Below, one piece after another: positions 19,874 through 30,121 of a stretch of DNA of 64,000 nucleotides. Under the pieces are notes generated by a model. That model searched no databases and was not told where the DNA came from. It saw only the letters and a list, made by a program, of their open reading frames with translations. Source of the stretch: Candidatus Cloacimonadales bacterium (GTDB lineage: Bacteria; Cloacimonadota; Cloacimonadia; Cloacimonadales; JAIOQZ01); assembly GCA_963674825.1 (NCBI GenBank), contig OY771587.1, forward strand, positions 256,001-320,000. Reading direction: 5' to 3'. A program made the position numbers and the translations under genes. How positions within the stretch are numbered: the stretch's first letter is position 1; every line of letters begins with the position of its first letter.

Positions 19874-22800
19874 GCGCTTCGCCACGCGATTCATTAAAGC
19901 GCTGATCGCCATCGTGCTGATCGTGCCGCTCGTCGCGTGTTTCCTCTACCTGATGCTGCAAGCCGGTTGGCTCAATCCGATTATTCGCTATACCAGCGTG
20001 AAAATCGCCAACTCTATCTTGGATGCGGAACTCTCCATCGAGTCAATCCACGGCAATCCTATGCAACACCTTGAGATATCCGGCATCGAGCTTCGGAAAG
20101 ACGATCGCAAGCTGGCCGGTATCTCGCTGATCCGCCTCGATTACAACCTCGACCACGCCCTGGATATGCAGTTCACCATCAACGAGATCCTAATCGATTC
20201 GGTTTATGCCTACGCGGATCAGCTACCGGATAGCACCTGGAACCTCGCCCATATCGTGAAACCCTCCGAGCCCAAGCCTGAAGAACCGGATTCCCTATCG
20301 CAACCGCGCAACCTGAGCCTGCTTCTTCACTCGCTGCGGATCACCAATTCCAGCTTCGACATTCACGCCCTCGATCCGCGCATCCCGAAGCAAGTCCGCG
20401 ACTTCAATCTCGATTTCAATTTCGCGATGTTACCGAACCTTATTCACGCCAGCGTGAACAACATCTCGTTCACCGCCGACAGCTTGCACCTGAAGACGCT
20501 CCGAACAGAATTTACATGGCAGGATTCCACGCTGCTTCTTCAAGACTTCCTGCTCGAGACAGACCGCAGTAAAATCAAAGCCAACGGGCAATATAGCGAT
20601 GCTGCATCCAACATCAAACTGCGGTTGACGCCTTTTGATTTGCGAGATGTAGAAGCATTTCTGCCGGAATTCCAGCACCCTGACACATTATTTCTGTTCC
20701 TGGACGCACAAACCCAGGAGACAGAGCTGACATGCCATTTATCGTCATATATAGGTGAAAACCATTTTTCGTGTTCTCTCAAAATGCCCGATTACCAAAG
20801 CCTGGATAACTTCTCGATTTCAATCAACAGCTCCAAACCTGACTTACTCAAGGACTGGGGGATTCCTTTTTCCTGCCAATTTGCTACTATCAAAGTTGAT
20901 AACACCGACGGCCTTATTCCCGATGGGAATGCCAAGATCAGGATTCAGGGGACCCGTATTCAATATGAGCAGTACAAGCTGGATATTGCCACGCTGGACG
21001 TCGATTACACACCCGATATGCAAAAATTCACTTTAGATGTTGGTGAACCTCTGGGCAACTCACTCTACATGAAAGGCAACATCGATGCTTTTAATCCCAA
21101 ACGTCCTTATAAATTGAATGGCAATCTCTCTTTCAATACGCGGCGAGAAAAGATTCCACTGCTTCCTTTTGATGTTTCGGGAGGATTGAGATTCACTGCG
21201 AATGGAGAGCTACGCTCTTTCAAGTATCTTCTGACACGATTCGACATAAATATCAAAAACCTGACAATCGACGACTATCGAATAAAGACCGGAACAATTT
21301 GGATCAACATCGAAGATGGTCGCTACGAGCTGGCCAAGTTCGACATCAACACTGAAGATGGCGGCGCAACAGGCATGGGATACGGTTCATTCGAAGGTCC
21401 GCATCACATCGAGTTCGATACCAGCCTGCCAGACTTATCGAAACTCCAGAGTCTGACCGGCCTGGACAACCTTGCCGGCAGCCTGGACCTCTCTGCCAAA
21501 GTAGATGGCATGCCCGATTCCATGCGTTTCTCAGCAGATGTAGAAGCGTCCGACGCCCAGGTGAACGATCTATCCATAGAGAAAGCTCAGCTTCACGCCA
21601 ATGGCACGATCGACGGCAAAGACATTGATGCCGAAGCCACAGTTCAGCTTCAAAACATCCGATACAAGGATCTCACTCTGGAGCAATTGTCGCTCGACGG
21701 ATCCTATCATGACCAGAAAGCTTCGGCACAGCTCGAAGTGAAACAGAATCGGGAGCGCTACGGAGCGCTTCATGCCACGTACAAGCCCGGCGAGATCGAG
21801 CTTCCCATGCTCGACTTCCACTTCGACGGAGAGTACTGGCAATTGGCGCACGATTCGACGCGCGTCCGCTTCAACAGCGATGGCTATTTCATCAACGATT
21901 TCTCTCTTGCCTCAAATGAACAGCGCATCGGCGCAAAGGGCTATTACCGGCACGACGGCTCGATGGACGCGGATGTACGCATCGATTCGCTCGACCTCTC
22001 CATCCTCAACAGCTTCCTGCCAGAAGAAACCGAAGCAGACGGGATTCTGAACCTGGACATGAAGCTTCGCGGCAACCTCGATCACCCGGATGCCGATGCC
22101 ACACTGCGGCTGAATAATCTCGCCTGGGGACCATACGAAATCGCCGGTGTGAATGCCAACCTCGCAACAGCCGATAACTCGGCCAGCTTTCACTCAGCCG
22201 TGCGTTTCACTACCGATGAGCAAATTACACTCGATGCCCGAGTACCGCTTGGGCGCTTCCTGAAGAACATCCCGCTACCAGCTGATTCCCTCATCACCGC
22301 CAACGTGGTGAGTGATTCCATCGACATCGGCTTTGTAAATGAATTTACCGATCAGATCGCGCTGGACAAGGGCCATCTGGTCATGGATATCTCGCTCGAA
22401 AGCGATCTCAGGCAGCACAATGTGGAAGGCCGCATCAAAGTGACAGGACAAGCACTCACCATCCGCCAACTCAATACACGCTACGAGGATTTCTTCCTTG
22501 AACTTCACGGCGACAACAGCGCTGTCCGACTCGACACCCTCTATGCGGAAGGCGGCTCGGGAACGCTGTCCGCCACCGGAACGATCAACCTCGGCGACAT
22601 GAAGGAGAAATTCGTCGATTCTTTCGACATTCAGCTTCTGGCAAACCACTTTCAGTTCTCACGCAAGCGGCAACTGCGTCTGGTCTCCGATATGGACATC
22701 CACCTCTTCGGAGACATGGAGCGACAGAATTTCGACGCTGATGTGAAAATCATCGAATCGCGGGTTGATATCGACCAGTTTACCGGCGGATCGGGGCCAG

Positions 22801-23663
22801 CGCTTCCCAGCCAGAAACCGCTCCTTGTGCAGGCATTGAACGGGACAACGGATGTTGAACCGCCGCAGAAAAGAACAGAGATAAACATCTCGAAATCCAG
22901 CTATGGTACCGCCAAAGTAAATATCCCGCGTAACAGTTGGATTTATGGTAAGGATATGTCCGTCGAGTATTCGGGCGACATCAAGGCTGTTAAAGAAGCG
23001 GAGAATATTTATCTGACCGGAACTGTCGCCACCATCCGAGGCTACTACAACCTCTATGGACGCAAATTCACGATATCCGAAGCGAAAGTCACCTTCACCG
23101 GCGGCAAAGAAATCGATCCGATCCTGGATATAACCGCCGATTACACCTTCCGGGACATCGAAGAGAATCGCCGCACGCTGAGCGTTGTTCTCACCGGACG
23201 TGCATCCGATCCGCAGGCGGAATTCCTGCTGGACGGAACGCAGATCGAACAAGCTGACGCGATTTCGTATATTATCTTCAATCGCAGTACCAGCGAATTG
23301 ACCCAGAACGAGAAGAGCTCCATGAACGAAAGCAGTTCCAGCAGTGGCTTTGCGCAAGGGCTTATCATCAAGCAACTCTCCTCGCAACTTACCCGTTCCA
23401 TCCAGGAGCAGCTCGATCTGGACGTACTGGAAATCCAGGGGAACGAAGACCTCAGCAAGACCGCCATCGTCGTAGGCAAATACATCACGAATCGCCTCTT
23501 CCTGAGCTATGAAAGGCGACTCAACAATAGCAGTTCCAGCGATACCGAGATCGAAATCCTGACACTCGAATACCAGATCAACCGGGCTTTTTCGATCCAG
23601 GCGACGCGCGGAAACGACAGTTCCACCGGCATGGATCTCATCTGGAAGTATGAACATAAATAA
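19848..23663 (+). CDS. tamB: Translocation/assembly module TamB (AsmA-like, DUF490 C-terminus)
   Basis: N-terminal membrane anchor, long beta-rich body, C-terminal GKYITNRLFLSYE...G.DLIW; directly follows tamA. Confidence 0.82.
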   Translation: MQASGTPFKRFATRFIKALIAIVLIVPLVACFLYLMLQAGWLNPIIRYTSVKIANSILDAELSIESIHGNPMQHLEISGIELRKDDRKLAGISLIRLDYNLDHALDMQFTINEILIDSVYAYADQLPDSTWNLAHIVKPSEPKPEEPDSLSQPRNLSLLLHSLRITNSSFDIHALDPRIPKQVRDFNLDFNFAMLPNLIHASVNNISFTADSLHLKTLRTEFTWQDSTLLLQDFLLETDRSKIKANGQYSDAASNIKLRLTPFDLRDVEAFLPEFQHPDTLFLFLDAQTQETELTCHLSSYIGENHFSCSLKMPDYQSLDNFSISINSSKPDLLKDWGIPFSCQFATIKVDNTDGLIPDGNAKIRIQGTRIQYEQYKLDIATLDVDYTPDMQKFTLDVGEPLGNSLYMKGNIDAFNPKRPYKLNGNLSFNTRREKIPLLPFDVSGGLRFTANGELRSFKYLLTRFDINIKNLTIDDYRIKTGTIWINIEDGRYELAKFDINTEDGGATGMGYGSFEGPHHIEFDTSLPDLSKLQSLTGLDNLAGSLDLSAKVDGMPDSMRFSADVEASDAQVNDLSIEKAQLHANGTIDGKDIDAEATVQLQNIRYKDLTLEQLSLDGSYHDQKASAQLEVKQNRERYGALHATYKPGEIELPMLDFHFDGEYWQLAHDSTRVRFNSDGYFINDFSLASNEQRIGAKGYYRHDGSMDADVRIDSLDLSILNSFLPEETEADGILNLDMKLRGNLDHPDADATLRLNNLAWGPYEIAGVNANLATADNSASFHSAVRFTTDEQITLDARVPLGRFLKNIPLPADSLITANVVSDSIDIGFVNEFTDQIALDKGHLVMDISLESDLRQHNVEGRIKVTGQALTIRQLNTRYEDFFLELHGDNSAVRLDTLYAEGGSGTLSATGTINLGDMKEKFVDSFDIQLLANHFQFSRKRQLRLVSDMDIHLFGDMERQNFDADVKIIESRVDIDQFTGGSGPALPSQKPLLVQALNGTTDVEPPQKRTEINISKSSYGTAKVNIPRNSWIYGKDMSVEYSGDIKAVKEAENIYLTGTVATIRGYYNLYGRKFTISEAKVTFTGGKEIDPILDITADYTFRDIEENRRTLSVVLTGRASDPQAEFLLDGTQIEQADAISYIIFNRSTSELTQNEKSSMNESSSSSGFAQGLIIKQLSSQLTRSIQEQLDLDVLEIQGNEDLSKTAIVVGKYITNRLFLSYERRLNNSSSSDTEIEILTLEYQINRAFSIQATRGNDSSTGMDLIWKYEHK

Positions 23664-23684
23664 CCGCATCTGGGCCATTTTGAT

Positions 23685-25505
23685 ATGAACACAAATAGTC
23701 GCCCCATCTTGCTTCTGCTGGTTGTTCTCGCAGCTTCCTGGCTTTTCGCTGACGATCCTGAACAAGCCACGGAACCCCTGATCAACGAAAAGAAGGTACT
23801 CGATACTTTTCGTGAGATGTCCAGCAAAGACACCTGGAGCTCCCGCCTGCTGCGTAGCATCTTCATCTTTGAGCGCGAGACGAAAAAGACCGACGAGAGC
23901 ATGCCCGAAGATCCGATTGAATCCTTCCTCAACTATCAGGGCAAGACCATCGGTAATATCCGCATCCTCGTGCTGGACGTCTTCGGTACCTCGGTGAAGA
24001 ATCTTTCCAGGAAGCCGGATTACTGGCTGGAAAAAACCGGAAACGCCCTGCACGTAAATACACGGAAACGAATCATACGCAATCAACTTCTTTTCCATAC
24101 GGGCGACAAGCTCGATCCTCTGCTCATCGCAGAATCCGAGCGTATTCTCCGTAACAACCGCTATATCTACGACGCCCGGATCAAGGTCTTTAAAAATCCT
24201 GACGGCTCGGTCGATCTGGATGTCGTCGTACGCGATGTCTGGACACTGAAGGCGGAAGTCGCCATGTACAGCGTCGATAAGTGGAATGTCTCGATCTCCG
24301 ATGAAAACCTGGCCGGCCTCGGCGGAAGGCTTCACACAAAGGTGAAGTTCGATCCCGAGTACAAAGATGGCTGGAACTGGGATGCGAGCTACAGGCAGCA
24401 AAATCTTTTCAAGGACAACATCACAGCCGAGGTTTACCGTAAAGTGAAAGTGGGCAGCAGAAACAAGGGATTCGGCATTAACAGGGAGTTCAAGTCGTCA
24501 CTCATCCGTTGGCTATATGGCACTAACTTTGAGTGGAATCGTAACGAGGTCAGCATCCTCCGTGACGATACTGACCCGGTCGTGGAAGAGGTACGCTACA
24601 CCAGACAAGACCTATGGCTGGGGCGCACCATCCCGATCAATATCGAGAACGAAGAAGGCATGGCAAATTATATCACCGGTGCAGCTCGCGTTATCCGTAC
24701 CGATCAAACCCTGAAAGCTGCTTACGATCCCGAGGGCCATATCCAGGACTCATACATGGGCGTATTCAGCCTGGGATACCTGATACGATCGTTTCGGAAA
24801 GTCAGCTACCTGTTTCGTTTCGGTGTCACGGAAGACGTCCCCGTTGGGAGTAAGCTGGAACTCACTACGGGCTTTGAAGACGGCAGCAAAAATGATCGCA
24901 CCTATTATAGCCTCTATTATCTCTACAGCCTCTACGAGCAGGATTACGGCTATTTCTCGGGTGAGCTGTCCGCATCGGGATTCAAACGCAGCAGCACCTG
25001 GGAAAGCAGGCAGTTTGAGACAAGCCTCAAAGGTATTTCCCGGCTACTTTATATCAAGGATTACCGAATCCGTCAATATGCGATGCTACAATACAACGTC
25101 ATCGAAAACCCGATCTACTCTAACCAGATGCTGTCGATCAGCGACAAAGAAGGGATTCGTGGCCTGAGCAGCGACAAAAGCGGCGACAAGCGTCTGCGAT
25201 TGAACCTCGAAACCAATTACCTGATGCCGTTCCAGTTCCTTGGGTTCAATTTCTCGGTAAGTGTTTTCGGCGATTTCGCGCTCCTCGCACCCGAAAACGT
25301 GAGCATTTCATCTAGTAAAGTCTATCAAGGATATGGCATCGGACTGCGTTTTAAAAACGAACATTTGGTGTTTAAAACCATCGAGATCTTCCTGGGTTAC
25401 TACCCCGTGATGGACAGCAGTCAGGATTGGAATCTTTTCTCACGCTCAGCCAGCTACTACAACTTCAGTGGCATGGGCTTCGGCAAACCGGAGGTAATCG
25501 AATAA
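23685..25505 (+). CDS. Putative Omp85/POTRA-like outer-membrane protein of unknown function
   Basis: Signal peptide; T..RIIRNQLLF..GD..D...IAESERILR POTRA-like segment; alternating aromatic beta-strands; IRG and GIGLRF motifs. Confidence 0.62.
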   Translation: MNTNSRPILLLLVVLAASWLFADDPEQATEPLINEKKVLDTFREMSSKDTWSSRLLRSIFIFERETKKTDESMPEDPIESFLNYQGKTIGNIRILVLDVFGTSVKNLSRKPDYWLEKTGNALHVNTRKRIIRNQLLFHTGDKLDPLLIAESERILRNNRYIYDARIKVFKNPDGSVDLDVVVRDVWTLKAEVAMYSVDKWNVSISDENLAGLGGRLHTKVKFDPEYKDGWNWDASYRQQNLFKDNITAEVYRKVKVGSRNKGFGINREFKSSLIRWLYGTNFEWNRNEVSILRDDTDPVVEEVRYTRQDLWLGRTIPINIENEEGMANYITGAARVIRTDQTLKAAYDPEGHIQDSYMGVFSLGYLIRSFRKVSYLFRFGVTEDVPVGSKLELTTGFEDGSKNDRTYYSLYYLYSLYEQDYGYFSGELSASGFKRSSTWESRQFETSLKGISRLLYIKDYRIRQYAMLQYNVIENPIYSNQMLSISDKEGIRGLSSDKSGDKRLRLNLETNYLMPFQFLGFNFSVSVFGDFALLAPENVSISSSKVYQGYGIGLRFKNEHLVFKTIEIFLGYYPVMDSSQDWNLFSRSASYYNFSGMGFGKPEVIE

Positions 25506-26809
25506 TGGCAAAGAAAATCCGCTTCGAGGATCATATAGAAGCGCTTCTGGGAAAAGTAGAAGCAAGTCAGCTTATGGAGGCAATCAAAGGCTTCGCACCT
25601 CGAGCAGTGCGTTATAATTCGCAGCGCAACCAGCAAGGTCAGCTTCCTGGTGAACCAGTGCTCTGGTACCCGGAGTTCGGACGCTACTGGCACGATGACA
25701 ACAATCCCTCGCAGGCAATCAGCTATCTCACCGGTGATTTCTACATCCAGGAAGCCAGCGCAATGCTCTTGATTTCTGCTTTGAGCCGCGTAATCGATCC
25801 GCAAGGACTTCGCATCATCGACCTGACCGCAGCACCAGGCGGAAAGGCGACGCAAATCGCGGAGTTGGCAAAGGATGGCTTGGTTGTCGCAAACGAGGTG
25901 ATCAAAGGCCGTGCCGATGCGCTTTTATGGAACGTAATCCGTCATCGGCTACAGAATACCATAGTCTGCAATCTTCCGCTCAAACCTCTTGCAGAACAGC
26001 TTGAAGGCTGGTTTGATGTGGTGATCGTGGACGCTCCATGTAGTGGCGAGGGACTGTTCCAGAAGAAAAAGCACAACCCGAATGCCTGGAGCTATAAGAA
26101 CGTCCAATTCAACAGCACCCGTCAGCGCGCAATCCTCAGCGACGCCATGAGCCTGCTGAAACCAGGCGGGGTTCTGGCCTATTCTACCTGTACGTTCGGA
26201 GTCGAGGAGAACGAGGATCAGGTCGCGTTTCTGCTCGAAAATGGCTTCTCCCCCATCGAATTCCCCGATCTCGAAGGCGTATCGCCAGCCATAACGGACG
26301 ATCCCGCAATTGCATCCTGCGCCAGACGACTCTTCCCACACAGACAGAAAGCCGCCGGTGCCTTCGCAGCATTGGCCAGAAAAGAATCAGACGACAGCGG
26401 TCATCGCGTAAAGATGGTCTCAACCATAGATAAAAAGCTAAGCAGCCTATTACCCGAGTCGATCGAAATCCCAGATAACATGCACCTGTATCGTGTCGGT
26501 GACACCATTCACACGATCGGGCAAGAAGAGCTTCCCAAGCTATTGCACGACAGTGCAATCCAGATTGGTTCGGCAATCTGCACCTTGAAGCCCCTGCTTG
26601 AGCCCATGCATGGCGGCATACTCTATCCCGCAACATCACATATCATCCAGATGACAGACGAGCAGACACGAAATTACCGGCAGGGCAGCAACCTGAGCTT
26701 CGATAAACCGGATGGATTCTACTTCGTTCAGTCAGAGGGGAATGTGTTGGGGCTGGTCAAGATCTCGGGCGGTCGCGCTGTTAATCGCTTGCCGAAGCCG
26801 TTACGATAA
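25505..26809 (+). CDS. rsmF: RsmF/RsmB (NOL1/NOP2) RNA m5C methyltransferase
   Basis: YIQEASAM, DLTAAPGGK, VDAPCSGEG, YSTCTF..EENE; start overlaps the previous stop. Confidence 0.85.
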   Translation: MAKKIRFEDHIEALLGKVEASQLMEAIKGFAPRAVRYNSQRNQQGQLPGEPVLWYPEFGRYWHDDNNPSQAISYLTGDFYIQEASAMLLISALSRVIDPQGLRIIDLTAAPGGKATQIAELAKDGLVVANEVIKGRADALLWNVIRHRLQNTIVCNLPLKPLAEQLEGWFDVVIVDAPCSGEGLFQKKKHNPNAWSYKNVQFNSTRQRAILSDAMSLLKPGGVLAYSTCTFGVEENEDQVAFLLENGFSPIEFPDLEGVSPAITDDPAIASCARRLFPHRQKAAGAFAALARKESDDSGHRVKMVSTIDKKLSSLLPESIEIPDNMHLYRVGDTIHTIGQEELPKLLHDSAIQIGSAICTLKPLLEPMHGGILYPATSHIIQMTDEQTRNYRQGSNLSFDKPDGFYFVQSEGNVLGLVKISGGRAVNRLPKPLR

Positions 26810-26889
26810 ACGGGTTGCCCAGAGGTGAATGAAATCATCTTCCGAATGTTGATTTCATGAATGGCGAAAATCCGCATGACTTTGTGGGC

Positions 26890-27105
26890 GTTGATGCTTC
26901 GACTCTTGGGGGATTCGAGTTTATGCTTCGCAAAACTCACAACTCAGCATGACACAGCAGCGCTTTCTCTGGCTCGCTATCGTTTCACTCGGGATGATGG
27001 AGAAGAGGGAATGCCAAGCTAGAGCTTGGCGATCCGAAGGGGAAAGAGATTGCAGCCACGGACATCTGCGTACCCAGGGGAGCAGCGCCCCGTGTCTGCC
27101 CGTTT
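26890..27105. repeat. Cluster of degenerate REP-like palindromes
   Basis: GCCAAGCT-AG-AGCTTGGC at 27013-27030 plus several imperfect hairpin fragments between convergent genes. Confidence 0.45.
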
Positions 27106-27130
27106 AATACGTCACGACTTCAAATTCGCA

Positions 27131-27161
27131 AAAAATCCCCGACGACCTAAGCCATCGGGGA
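27131..27161 (-). terminator. Probable intrinsic terminator of tldD-pmbA
   Basis: TCCCCGA...TCGGGGA hairpin with adjacent A-tract (U-tract on the minus strand). Confidence 0.6.
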
Positions 27162-27181
27162 CATATAATCTTACGTTACAA

Positions 27182-28513
27182 TTAGTTACTGATACTGAGC
27201 TTCGCGACCAGTGTTGATGAACAACCAACCGCTCCCATTCCGAAACGGAAGTCATTCGCGATAAGTTCAACGTTCTTCAGCATATCCAGGAAGTTCCCGG
27301 AGATGGTGAACTGCTGGATGGCGTGCTTCTTGATCCCCTTTTCGTAAAGGAAGCCTTCAGCGGAGAGGGAGAAGTCGCCGGAAATATCGCTGGCACCGGA
27401 GTGCAGACCAGCCAGTGATACAATCTCGATCACCTTGTCGTGCTTTGCGAAAAGCGCGTCACGGTTGACCTTTCCCTGTTGCAGGTAGAGGTTCGAGGGC
27501 GAAACGTTCAGGTTACCCTTGTAACTGCGGCTGCCGTTACCGGTAGATTTCTTGCCTTCTTTGGCAGCAGTCTGAGTGTTATAGAGCAGGTTGGTCAGCT
27601 TGCCTTTGTCGATCAGAATGGTCGTCTGCGAAGGATATCCCTCGTAGTCGAACGGCCGGCTGGCTTGTCCACCCGGATAGAGCGCGTCATCGACGATCGT
27701 CACGTGATGATTTGCCACTACTTCACCGAGTTTGCCTGCGAGCAGCGACTGTCCTTCCTGCGCACGCTTCGAGCTGAAGATGCCCGAGAATGTTGCAAGC
27801 ATGGACGACATGGTGTCGTTATCGAACACAACCGGATAGGTTCCCGGTGGGATCGGCTTGGGATTAAGCAGTTCAACAGCCTTGTTGACCGTCTGGCGAG
27901 CCAGCATTTCCGGATCGATATCGCGGAAATCGCGGGTTGAGATATAGTCGCCATAGGATTGTTTATCTTCGCCGTCTTTCACCAAAACGCCGATATACAA
28001 TGTCGAAAGGTTGGCCTTGTATTCTTTGTGCAGACCTTTTGTGTTCGCGATCTTGATATAGTGTGAGCCATCGCCGTACATGCAGTGCGAAACGCTGAAT
28101 ACGCGCTTGTCAAATGCACGCGCGACACGTTCAAGCTCCTTGGTGCAGCGAATCTTCTCTTCGATATCTACGTCGCCCAGTTCGGGATTATAGATATCCA
28201 GGTTTTCCTCGGAGTCAGGATAGCTTTCGACCAACATGACGCCTTCGCCTTCGAGGTAATTGCTGTTCTCCAGCGCTTCGTTGACGATCATCTCGAACGC
28301 CTGGTCGCTGAATTCCTCTGTGTAAGCGTAACCGACTTTTCCGTCACGGATGATACGTATTCCGATACCCTTGTCGTCGGCGTAATCAAACGATTCGATT
28401 TCCTGATCGTGCACGCGAACCCGGAACGACTTGCCCATCGAGAGCATGATCTCGACGTCGTCCGCTTTACCTTTGGCTAACTCGAAGATTTTCTCGAATT
28501 CTTTTGAATACAT
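27182..28513 (-). CDS. pmbA: Metalloprotease TldE/PmbA
   Basis: FDYEG, GDFSL, ISGN motifs, no HExxxH; paired with tldD. Confidence 0.88.
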   Translation of the reverse strand: MYSKEFEKIFELAKGKADDVEIMLSMGKSFRVRVHDQEIESFDYADDKGIGIRIIRDGKVGYAYTEEFSDQAFEMIVNEALENSNYLEGEGVMLVESYPDSEENLDIYNPELGDVDIEEKIRCTKELERVARAFDKRVFSVSHCMYGDGSHYIKIANTKGLHKEYKANLSTLYIGVLVKDGEDKQSYGDYISTRDFRDIDPEMLARQTVNKAVELLNPKPIPPGTYPVVFDNDTMSSMLATFSGIFSSKRAQEGQSLLAGKLGEVVANHHVTIVDDALYPGGQASRPFDYEGYPSQTTILIDKGKLTNLLYNTQTAAKEGKKSTGNGSRSYKGNLNVSPSNLYLQQGKVNRDALFAKHDKVIEIVSLAGLHSGASDISGDFSLSAEGFLYEKGIKKHAIQQFTISGNFLDMLKNVELIANDFRFGMGAVGCSSTLVAKLSISN

Positions 28514-28514
28514 A

Positions 28515-29903
28515 TCAGTTCTCCTTTCTGCCGCCAACAACGATTTCATCGATCTTGATTGCAGGCTGACCAACGCTGGTTGGTACGCTTCCGCTGACAG
28601 AGCCGCACATACCGGCTGCGAAATCGAGGTTATCGGCCACCATGCTGATCTTATGAAGGACAGCCGGACCGTTTCCGATCAGGGTCATGCCGCGCACAGG
28701 CTCGGCGATCTTGCCATTGCGGACCATGTATCCTTCCGCAACTGCGAAGTTGAAATTACCGGTTCCGGGCATAACCGAACCACCGCCCATCTTCTTGGCA
28801 TAAATTCCGTAGTCGATGGATGCGATGAGGTCGTCCAGCTTGCTCTTACCGGCTGCAATATAGGTGTTACGCATGCGGGATGCGGGTGCAAATTTATACG
28901 ATTCACGGCGTCCACTTCCAGTCGCTGCATAGCCGGTTTTAAGGCTTCCAATGCGATCGACCATGAACGATTTGAGGATACCGTCTTCAATGAGCACGGT
29001 GTTCTTTGTCGGCAGGCCTTCGTCGTCAATGTTCTCGCTACCCCACATGTTGGGCATCGTACCGTCGTCGATCGCTGTGACCACCGAATTGGCGATCTTC
29101 TTGCCGAGCTGGTCGGAGAATACCGACACGCCCTTGGCAACCGATGTCGTTTCCAGGCCGTGGCCGCATGCTTCGTGGAAAATCACACCGCCGAAACCGT
29201 TGTCGATAATCGCCGGGAATTTTCCGCTCGGTGCGTAATCCGCCTCAAGCATAGTTATTGCGCGCTTGGAGGCTTCGTGCCCAAGCAATTCAGGATCGAG
29301 ACCTTTGAAGAATTCGTAACCGATCAGTGCGCCCGGGCTCTCGCTTCCTGTCTGCATCTCGCCGTTCTTCTCCGCGATCGAGGTCACGCGAATCCGCGAG
29401 TAATGGCGGTCGTCTTCTACAAGCAGACCTTCGCTGTTCGCGATAAGAACATGCTGCATACGCTCGTAGATTCCGAGGTCGGCCTGCACGATCAGGTCGC
29501 TGTAGTCGCGAGCGTGTTTGTTGATTTTCTGGAGAAATTCGATCTTTTCTTTCTTGGCGATGTCGTTCGCCATAATCTCGTAAGGATGCAAGTCCTTATA
29601 TTCCAAGCGGGTAAGGTCAAGCGCTTTCACGCGGCAATCGCTACGAGCAGCTTTGCTAACAGCATCAGCAGCAGCCAGTAAAGATGCCTCGGTGAGATCG
29701 TTCGTATAAGCATAAATCGCCAGAGTCCCGTAAATTACACGGATGCCAGCGCCGAAATCTCTTCCCACAATGGATTGTTTGACCTTGCTGTCGTTGAACG
29801 CGATGTTGGACTGGTACTGGTTCTCGACGAACAGTTCAGCAAAATCCGCACCACGTGACAGTGCCTGGTCGATCACTTTCTCGATGAGTGGCCTTGGTAG
29901 CAT
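28515..29903 (-). CDS. tldD: Metalloprotease TldD
   Basis: FHEACGHGLE, DDEG, RMRNTYI, GQP. Confidence 0.93.
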   Translation of the reverse strand: MLPRPLIEKVIDQALSRGADFAELFVENQYQSNIAFNDSKVKQSIVGRDFGAGIRVIYGTLAIYAYTNDLTEASLLAAADAVSKAARSDCRVKALDLTRLEYKDLHPYEIMANDIAKKEKIEFLQKINKHARDYSDLIVQADLGIYERMQHVLIANSEGLLVEDDRHYSRIRVTSIAEKNGEMQTGSESPGALIGYEFFKGLDPELLGHEASKRAITMLEADYAPSGKFPAIIDNGFGGVIFHEACGHGLETTSVAKGVSVFSDQLGKKIANSVVTAIDDGTMPNMWGSENIDDEGLPTKNTVLIEDGILKSFMVDRIGSLKTGYAATGSGRRESYKFAPASRMRNTYIAAGKSKLDDLIASIDYGIYAKKMGGGSVMPGTGNFNFAVAEGYMVRNGKIAEPVRGMTLIGNGPAVLHKISMVADNLDFAAGMCGSVSGSVPTSVGQPAIKIDEIVVGGRKEN

Positions 29904-30071
29904 GGTTCCTCCACAGTATTTCTATCTTCGTGCCACAAATTCGATGGAAAATGATATCCGTCAAGGAATTCATGCGTGTTCAATGTCTATCGTTCAACCA
30001 ATATTTATCGTTAAACGTCTTTTGACCGCTCGCAGTGCAGATTTAAATACTTCAGTAAAATTGATTAAAAC

Positions 30072-30100
30072 AAAAAAAAAGCGGCTGATTGCTCAGCCGC
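30072..30100 (-). terminator. Intrinsic terminator of the outer-membrane protein gene
   Basis: GCGGCTGA-TTGC-TCAGCCGC followed by 9 U on the minus strand. Confidence 0.8.
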
Positions 30101-30121
30101 TCAATATGGATCAGGTAATAT

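Noticed and set aside
22659..24401. Long antisense ORFs (580 aa here; also 28431-29681, 30134-31501, 42533-43459, 48606-49829)
   Set aside because: They lie opposite well-supported genes, have no recognisable motifs, and are expected shadows of codon bias
27182..29903. tldD-pmbA as part of a RiPP cluster
   Set aside because: No precursor peptide or modifying enzymes adjacent; this is the usual housekeeping pair
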